Origin: a virus
Lineage: Duplodnaviria > Heunggongvirae > Uroviricota > Caudoviricetes
Virus record (IMG/VR): IMGVR_UViG_2675903409_000005
Length of the DNA: 4,470 nt
Strand: one strand, 5' to 3'
Shown: positions 1 through 4,470 of the stretch, piece by piece
How positions within the stretch are numbered: the first letter of the stretch is position 1
Layout of the letters: every line of letters begins with the position of its first letter
Notes under the pieces: model-generated
The model's input: the letters and a program-made list of their open reading frames with translations, nothing else
Database searches by the model: none
Told to the model about the DNA's origin: nothing
Made by a program: the position numbers and the translations under genes

Positions 1-55
1 GGGGAATATCTCCCCGGCAGCCTTCAGGGAAAAATATCATCAGATGGCTGCTTAA
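1..55 (+). CDS. Possible 3' end of an upstream gene (frame 2, stop TAA 53-55); product unknown
   Basis: Frame 2 is open from the window edge to TAA at 53-55 and uses mostly common codons. Frame 1 is also open, to TAA at 103-105, so the frame and end are uncertain. No start codon is in the window. Confidence 0.2.
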   Translation, partial: GNISPAAFREKYHQMAA

Positions 56-117
56 AAAAAGAACAAATGGTAGTGTCCGCTATTGCCAGTACACCTCAAG
101 GATAAGGCTAAAAAATC

Positions 118-1614
118 ATGACGATAAGTTTTAATACTGTTCCGTCGAATACGCTGGTGCCGTTGTTCTACGCCGAGATGAACAATTCTGCGGCAAATAC
201 AGCGGTGACCAGCGCGCCTGCATTACTGATCGGGCATGCCAGCAACGATGCAGCCATTGAGGTTAACAGCCTGGTGCTGATGCCATCGGCAGATTATGCC
301 CGCCAGATTTGTGGGGCGGGGAGCCAGCTGGCGCGTATGGTGGAAGTCTACCGTCAGACAGATCCTTTCGGTGAACTGTATGTTATTGCAGTACCGGAAG
401 CCAGAGGGGCGGCGGCGACGGTCAGGGTGACGGTTGCCGGAGAAGCAGAGGAAAGCGGCACCCTGAGTCTGTATGTCGGGCGCTCCCGTGTACAGGTGCC
501 TGTGGTGAATGGCGATGATGCCACTGCGGTTGCCACCGCGATTAAGGAAGCGGTAAACGGGGTTATCACCCTGCCGTTTACGGCGTCATCTGATGCAGGT
601 GTGGTGACGCTGACTGCCCGTCATAAGGGGCTGTATGGTAATGAGTTACCGGTCTGTCTGAATTATTATGGTTCTGGTGGTGGTGAGATTCTGCCAGCAG
701 GGCTTCGGGTGGTGACGGAAGTCGGTGCTGCCGGTAGCGGAGCGCCTGATCTTACCGCCGCTGTTGCTGCTATGGGCGATGAGGCATTCGACTTTATCGG
801 TCTGCCGTTCAACGATGCCGCCTCCATCAATATGATGATGACCGAAATGAATGACAGCAGCGGTCGCTGGAGTTATGCGCGCCAGTTATACGGGCATGGC
901 TATACCGCAAAACTGGGAACGCTGTCAGAGCTGGTTGGTGCCGGAGATATGCATAATCAGCAACATATCACGCTTGCCGGTTACGAAAAAGAAACCCAGT
1001 CGCCTGTCGATGAACTGGTTGCCAGTCGCCTTGCCCGTGAAGCGGTATTTATCCGGAATGATCCTGCCCGTCCGACACAGACGGGGGAGCTGGTGGGGAT
1101 GCTTCCGGCACCGAAAGGTAAGCGATTCATCATGACAGAGCAGCAGACCCTTTTATCTCACGGCGTGGCGACGGCTTATGTGGAAGGCGGCACGTTGCAG
1201 ATCCAGCGTTCCGTAACCACCTACAAAAAGAATGCGTATGGCGTGGCAGACAACAGCTATCTGGACAGTGAAACTCTGCATACCAGTGCATATGTTCTTC
1301 GCAAACTGAAATCGGTCATCACAAGCAAGTACGGACGTCACAAGCTGGCAAATGATGGTACCCGTTTTGGTCCGGGGCAGGCGATTGTCACTCCTGCCGT
1401 TATCAAAGGGGAACTTCTGGCGACATATCGTCAGATGGAGCGTGCCGGTATTGTGGAAAATTACGATCTGTTTAAACAGTATCTGATAGTTGAGCGTGAT
1501 GCAGATAACCCGAACCGACTGAATACGCTGTTCCCGCCGGATTATGTTAATCAGTTACGTGTCTTTGCGGTGGTTAACCAGTTCCGTCTTCAGTATTCAG
1601 AGGAGTCAGCATAA
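118..1614 (+). CDS. Contractile phage tail sheath protein (Mu gpL-like)
   Basis: 498-aa ORF, first ATG after in-frame stops at 103-105 and 109-111. AAGG at 104-107 lies 10 nt upstream of the ATG. Length and N-terminal sequence fit the ~500-aa Mu-type sheath family as I recall it. It is followed directly by tube, chaperone and tape measure genes on the same strand. Its stop overlaps the next start (TAATG at 1612-1616). Confidence 0.85.
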   Translation: MTISFNTVPSNTLVPLFYAEMNNSAANTAVTSAPALLIGHASNDAAIEVNSLVLMPSADYARQICGAGSQLARMVEVYRQTDPFGELYVIAVPEARGAAATVRVTVAGEAEESGTLSLYVGRSRVQVPVVNGDDATAVATAIKEAVNGVITLPFTASSDAGVVTLTARHKGLYGNELPVCLNYYGSGGGEILPAGLRVVTEVGAAGSGAPDLTAAVAAMGDEAFDFIGLPFNDAASINMMMTEMNDSSGRWSYARQLYGHGYTAKLGTLSELVGAGDMHNQQHITLAGYEKETQSPVDELVASRLAREAVFIRNDPARPTQTGELVGMLPAPKGKRFIMTEQQTLLSHGVATAYVEGGTLQIQRSVTTYKKNAYGVADNSYLDSETLHTSAYVLRKLKSVITSKYGRHKLANDGTRFGPGQAIVTPAVIKGELLATYRQMERAGIVENYDLFKQYLIVERDADNPNRLNTLFPPDYVNQLRVFAVVNQFRLQYSEESA

Positions 1615-1970
1615 TGGCAAAGATCGCCGGAACCTGTTTTTTTAAAGTGGATGGTCAGCAGTTATCGCTGACAGGTGGCATTGAAGTGCCGATGAACACC
1701 AATGTCCGGGATGACATCGTCGGCATGGCAGGGGATGTGGATTACAAGGAGACCTGGCGGTCACCTTACGTTAAGGGCACGTTTAAAGTGCCCAAAAACT
1801 TTCCGGTCGACAAAATTACCACCTCAGACCAGATGACGATTACCGCTGAGCTGGCAAACGGCATGGTGTATGTGCTTTCGGCGGCATGGCTGCACGGAGA
1901 GGCTAATCATAATGCCGAAGAAGGCACGGCAGATCTTGAATTCCACGGCGAAGAGGGAGGGTATCAGTAA
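1614..1970 (+). CDS. Phage tail tube protein (Mu gpM-like)
   Basis: 118-aa ORF. AGGAG at 1601-1605 lies 8 nt upstream of ATG 1614. Start overlaps the sheath stop and its own stop overlaps the next start (TAATG at 1968-1972). The small size and position directly after the sheath gene are typical of myovirus tube proteins. Confidence 0.8.
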   Translation: MAKIAGTCFFKVDGQQLSLTGGIEVPMNTNVRDDIVGMAGDVDYKETWRSPYVKGTFKVPKNFPVDKITTSDQMTITAELANGMVYVLSAAWLHGEANHNAEEGTADLEFHGEEGGYQ

Positions 1971-2305
1971 TGGCAATGAACGTTACAGAAATAGTTTTAA
2001 AAAAACCGGTGACAGCGCATAACGAAATGCTGCATGTGCTGGAGTTGCGCGAGCCCACGTATGACGAAATCGAGGCGCTGGGTTTTCCTTTCATTATTTC
2101 CGGTGAAGGCAGTATTAAACTGGACAGCCAGGTGGCACTGAAATATATCCCGTTGCTGGCGGGGATCCCGCGTTCATCGGCGGCGCAGATGGCAAAACTG
2201 GATATTTTTAAGACCAGCATGCAGATCCTGCGTTTTTTTACCCAGTCGGAGACGGGAAGCACCTCCGGAAACGACTCTACAATGTTGCCTGGTTCTGGAA
2301 ACTGA
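1970..2305 (+). CDS. Tail assembly chaperone (lambda G / Mu gp41-like), zero-frame product
   Basis: 111-aa ORF between the tube and tape measure genes. GGGAGG at 1955-1960 lies 9 nt upstream of ATG 1970. The conserved position and an overlapping -1 frame ORF reaching the tape measure start are the hallmarks of chaperone genes. Confidence 0.7.
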   Translation: MAMNVTEIVLKKPVTAHNEMLHVLELREPTYDEIEALGFPFIISGEGSIKLDSQVALKYIPLLAGIPRSSAAQMAKLDIFKTSMQILRFFTQSETGSTSGNDSTMLPGSGN

Positions 2306-2397
2306 ATCCACTGGAGCTGCGACGGGGGGCTGTTTCGCAGTTTACAGAACTGGAAGCCGAGGCCGTCCGCATTAACGAGGAGATGAAGCATGGCTGA
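1970..2397 (+). CDS. Tail assembly chaperone, candidate -1 frameshift fusion product (GT-like, about 142 aa)
   Basis: Frame 1 is open from 2212 to TGA at 2395-2397. A T-TTT-TTT heptamer sits at 2233-2239 in the zero frame (codons cgT TTT TTT). After a -1 slip, translation continues YPVGDGKHLRKRLYNVAWFWKLNPLELRRGAVSQFTELEAEAVRINEEMKHG and ends 5 nt into the tape measure ORF. Confidence 0.5.
2233..2239 (+). promoter_or_regulatory. Candidate -1 ribosomal frameshift slippery heptamer (T TTT TTT)
   Basis: Seven consecutive T in X-XXY-YYZ register relative to the chaperone zero frame. It lies inside the only interval (2212-2305) where both the zero frame and the -1 frame are open. Confidence 0.45.
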
Positions 2398-4203
2398 CAG
2401 TTTTCAGCTGAAGGCGATCATCACTGCCGTGGATAAGGTATCGGCACCGCTGAAGGGAATGCAGCGCCAGCTGAAAGGTTTTAAAAAGGAGTTTGCCAGC
2501 CTGTTACTGGGCGCAGCGGGTGCCGGAACCGCAGTACTGGGGGCGCTGGCGCTCCCNNNNNNNNNNNNNNNNNNNNNNNNNNNNNNNNNNNNNNNNNNNN
2601 NNNNNNNNNNNNNNNNNNNNNNNNNNNNNNNNNNNNNNNNNNNNNNNNNNNNNNNNNNNNNNNNNNNGCAGAAGAATCCGGTCAGATGATGGCGCAGTGG
2701 CGCACTGCCTTTAAACTGACACAGGGAGAGGTGGCAGGGCTTGCGGATAAGATTAACTATCTTGGTAATACCGGTCCTGCAAGTGCGAAAAAGATTTCTG
2801 ATGTTGTGACCCGTATTGGCCCTTTAGGCAGTGTTGCGGGTGTGGCCTCCGGAGAGATTGCCGCAATGGGGGCAACCATTGCCGGAATGGGGGTGGAGTC
2901 AGAAATTGCTGCGACGGGGATAAAGAATTTTATGTTGTCGCTGACAGCGAGGGATTCTGCCACCAAATCGCAGAAAAAAGTGCTCCGCTCGTTGCGCATT
3001 AGCCCGAAAAAACTGGCGGCGGATATGCAGAAAGACGCCCGCGGGGCCATGCTGCACGTACTGGATTCTCTGGCAAAAGTGCCGAAAGAAAAACAGGCTG
3101 CTGTGCTGAAAGCGCTGTTCGGGAAGGAATCCCTGGGGGCCATTGCGCCGCTGCTCACGAATCTGGATTTGTTGCGAACCAACTTTAATCGTGTGGCGGA
3201 TGCGCAGCAGTATGGCGGCTCAATGCAGAAAGAATATGCCGCCCGTGCCGCGACGACAGAAAATCAGTTGTTGCTGCTGCAGAACCAGATCAATGCGATT
3301 TCTTCCACGCTGGGGGAAACCTTCCTGCCTTCACTCAATGAAGGCATAAAAGAGATGAAGCCTTTTCTGGAAGAAGTGCGCACGTTTGTCAGAGAAAATC
3401 CTGAGGTCGTAAAAACCATCGCGAAAACTGGTGCGGCATTACTGACGATGGGCGTGGCGATTGGCACATTGACACGCATAACAAAAATCATGGGTAGCGT
3501 GATGAATATGACGCCGGCAAAGGGATTAATTGCGCTTCTCGTCGGTGGTGCATATCTCATAATTGATAACTGGGAAACGGTCGGTCCGGTTGTGAAAAAA
3601 GTCTGGCAGGAGGTTGATCAGGTTGTCAGAGCAATGGGGGGATGGGAACAGGCAGTAAAAACAATAGCAACGGTTTCTGCCCTGTATATTGGTGTGAAGG
3701 CGGTGGCAAGTATTCGTGCGGCAACAGTCGCCCAGAATCAATGGACAACGGCGGCAGGAAAAACAGGGCTGAAATTAAAGGGCCTCGGAAAGATCAGTCT
3801 GATTGGTGGATTGCTTGAACTGGGCATGATGGCGCAGGAGTTTGAAAAAGCACATCCCTGGCTTGTTAAAAATTTTGTGGCTGATGCACTGAACAGTGGA
3901 TTTGGTCTGAATGATAAGTTCGACGAGTGGGGCAAACAGTTCCATGATTTTGTCTATGACATGACCGGATGGCAGATGCCACGTGGTGATGGGTATTTAT
4001 CTCCCGATAAACGCTACACCCCGAATGTATCACTGGAAAGGAATCAGCTGTTAAGCCTTGCATCTTCACCGGCAACCCGCAGCGAACTTAAGGTGACGTT
4101 TGACAACGCGCCGCCTGGAATGCGCGTTATCGATTTGCCGAAAACAGGCGATCCCTTTATGAAAATCACCCATGATGTTGGGTATTCTCCATTTAAAAGG
4201 TGA
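2390..4203 (+). CDS. Phage tail tape measure protein, interrupted by the N run at 2557-2667
   Basis: GAGGAG at 2377-2382 lies 7 nt upstream of ATG 2390. The N-terminal part (MADSFQLKAIITAVDKVSAPLKGMQRQLKGF...) runs into the N run. After the N run, frame 1 is open immediately (AEESGQMMAQW...) and continues to TGA at 4201-4203. The protein is long, Ala/Gly/Lys-rich and largely helical-looking, with hydrophobic segments (GLIALLVGGAYLII, ISLIGGLLELGMM) typical of tape measure proteins. Frames before and after the N run differ by one, so the N count is not the true length or the gene carries a frameshift. The ATG at 2686 from the ORF track is probably internal. Confidence 0.8.
2557..2667. other. 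Run of 111 N (assembly gap or masked sequence)
   Basis: Directly visible in the sequence. It lies inside the tape measure coding region. Confidence 0.95.
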
Positions 4204-4270
4204 GTTCTTTTTTTGTGGTGAAAGATGAGGCAAAATTATCGCGTAACATGCTAACAATGGAGTTTGTTTT

Positions 4271-4402
4271 GTGATAAAGCCATTTTTAATGACGGTTGCA
4301 ATATTAACCTCTTGCTGTGCTCAGGCGAAAATACTAACAAATGAGGAGATTGTTTCACGATTTATTAGTAACGTTAAAACGGTGATGCTGCCAACTTACT
4401 GA
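4271..4402 (+). CDS. Hypothetical small ORF with a lipoprotein-like signal peptide, 3' end replaced by IS1 sequence
   Basis: GGAG at 4259-4262 lies 8 nt upstream of GTG 4271. Translation is (M)IKPFLMTVAILTSCCAQAKILTNEEIVSRFISNVKT, with a short hydrophobic N-terminus and a lipobox-like LTSC. From codon 37 onward the ORF reads into the IS1 terminal repeat, so the native C-terminus is unknown. It is not in the supplied ORF track. An alternative ATG at 4341 (MRRLFHDLLVTLK) is also cut by IS1. Confidence 0.2.
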   Translation: MIKPFLMTVAILTSCCAQAKILTNEEIVSRFISNVKTVMLPTY

Positions 4403-4470
4403 TTTAGTGTATGATGGTGTTTTTGAGGTGCTCCAGTGGCTTCTGTTTCTATCAGCTGTCCCTCCTGTTC
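4381..4470 (+). mobile_element. IS1 insertion sequence, left end (terminal inverted repeat and 5' region), partial at the window edge
   Basis: GGTGATGCTGCCAACTTACTGATTTAGTGTATGATGGTGTTTTTGAGGTGCTCCAGTGGCTTCTGTTTCTATCAGCTGTCCCTCCTGTTC matches the canonical IS1 left end as I recall it, including the ~23-bp terminal repeat GGTGATGCTGCCAACTTACTGAT. insA begins at element position 56, as in IS1. Confidence 0.9.
4436..4470 (+). CDS. insA: IS1 InsA (transposition regulator), 5' partial, continues beyond the window
   Basis: GTG start at 4436 with GAGG at 4425-4428 7 nt upstream. Translation (M)ASVSISCPSCS matches the InsA N-terminus, including the start of its CxxC zinc-finger motif. Confidence 0.85.
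   Translation, partial: MASVSISCPSC

Noticed and set aside
1-15. Inverted repeat ggggaatatctcccc as a possible terminator or operator
   Set aside because: The stem is only 5 bp, there is no following T-tract, and it probably lies inside the upstream coding sequence. It sits at the window edge with no context.
354-569. 71-aa minus-strand ORF inside the sheath gene; the same applies to the minus-strand ORFs at 1153-1341, 2757-3182, 3264-3560, 3526-3741, 3738-3935, 3866-4075 and 4066-4257
   Set aside because: All lie antisense within the sheath or tape measure coding sequence, and the coding-strand ORFs are long and well supported. They are typical spurious antisense ORFs.
851-1135. 94-aa plus-strand ORF in an alternative frame inside the sheath gene
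   Set aside because: It is nested out of frame within a 498-aa ORF and has no ribosome-binding site or recognisable features, so I treat it as a chance open frame.
1903-2391. 162-aa minus-strand ORF overlapping the chaperone gene and the frameshift region
   Set aside because: It is antisense to a tightly coupled plus-strand operon with good ribosome-binding sites and start/stop overlaps. Its translation is low-complexity with no recognisable family features and no ribosome-binding site, so it is most likely a shadow ORF.
2686-2688. ATG at 2686 as an independent gene start (the 505-aa ORF in the track)
   Set aside because: The same frame is open upstream right into the N run (AEESGQ precedes MMAQW) and there is no ribosome-binding site in the visible 18 nt. 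It is more likely an internal Met-Met of one continuous tape measure protein.
2493-2714. 73-aa plus-strand ORF spanning the N run
   Set aside because: Most of its length is translated from N (X residues). It is an artefact of the gap lying in an alternative frame.
3143-3349. 68-aa plus-strand ORF in an alternative frame inside the tape measure gene
   Set aside because: It is Cys/Arg-rich and nested out of frame within the tape measure ORF, so I treat it as spurious.
4257-4274. ATG at 4257 (MEFVL-stop) as a leader peptide
   Set aside because: It is five codons long with no ribosome-binding site at suitable spacing. The GGAG it overlaps is better explained as the Shine-Dalgarno for GTG 4271.
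1-4470. CRISPR arrays, tRNA or rRNA genes, integrase or attachment site
   Set aside because: I found no spaced direct repeats or tRNA-like cloverleaf-sized structured regions on inspection. All non-IS sequence is accounted for by the tail operon and short intergenic segments.

Overview
The window is dominated by one + strand operon encoding the shaft of a contractile, Mu-like (myovirus-type) phage tail: sheath (118-1614), tube (1614-1970), tail assembly chaperone (1970-2305) with a candidate -1 programmed frameshift extension to 2397, and tape measure protein (2390-4203). The genes are translationally coupled through TAATG stop/start overlaps and each has a Shine-Dalgarno motif. The tape measure gene is interrupted by a 111-nt run of N (2557-2667), and its reading frame differs by one on either side of that run. 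After the tape measure stop the sequence becomes AT-rich (4204-4380) and is then cut at 4381 by the left end of an IS1 element, whose insA start (GTG 4436) runs off the window. No baseplate or fibre genes follow the tape measure gene here, so the module looks interrupted or decayed. I see no tRNA, rRNA or CRISPR array. I do not see evidence for a novel defence or other undescribed system: this reads as a prophage or tailocin-type tail module with an IS1 insertion. All product calls rest on my recognition of the translated sequences, not on any database search.
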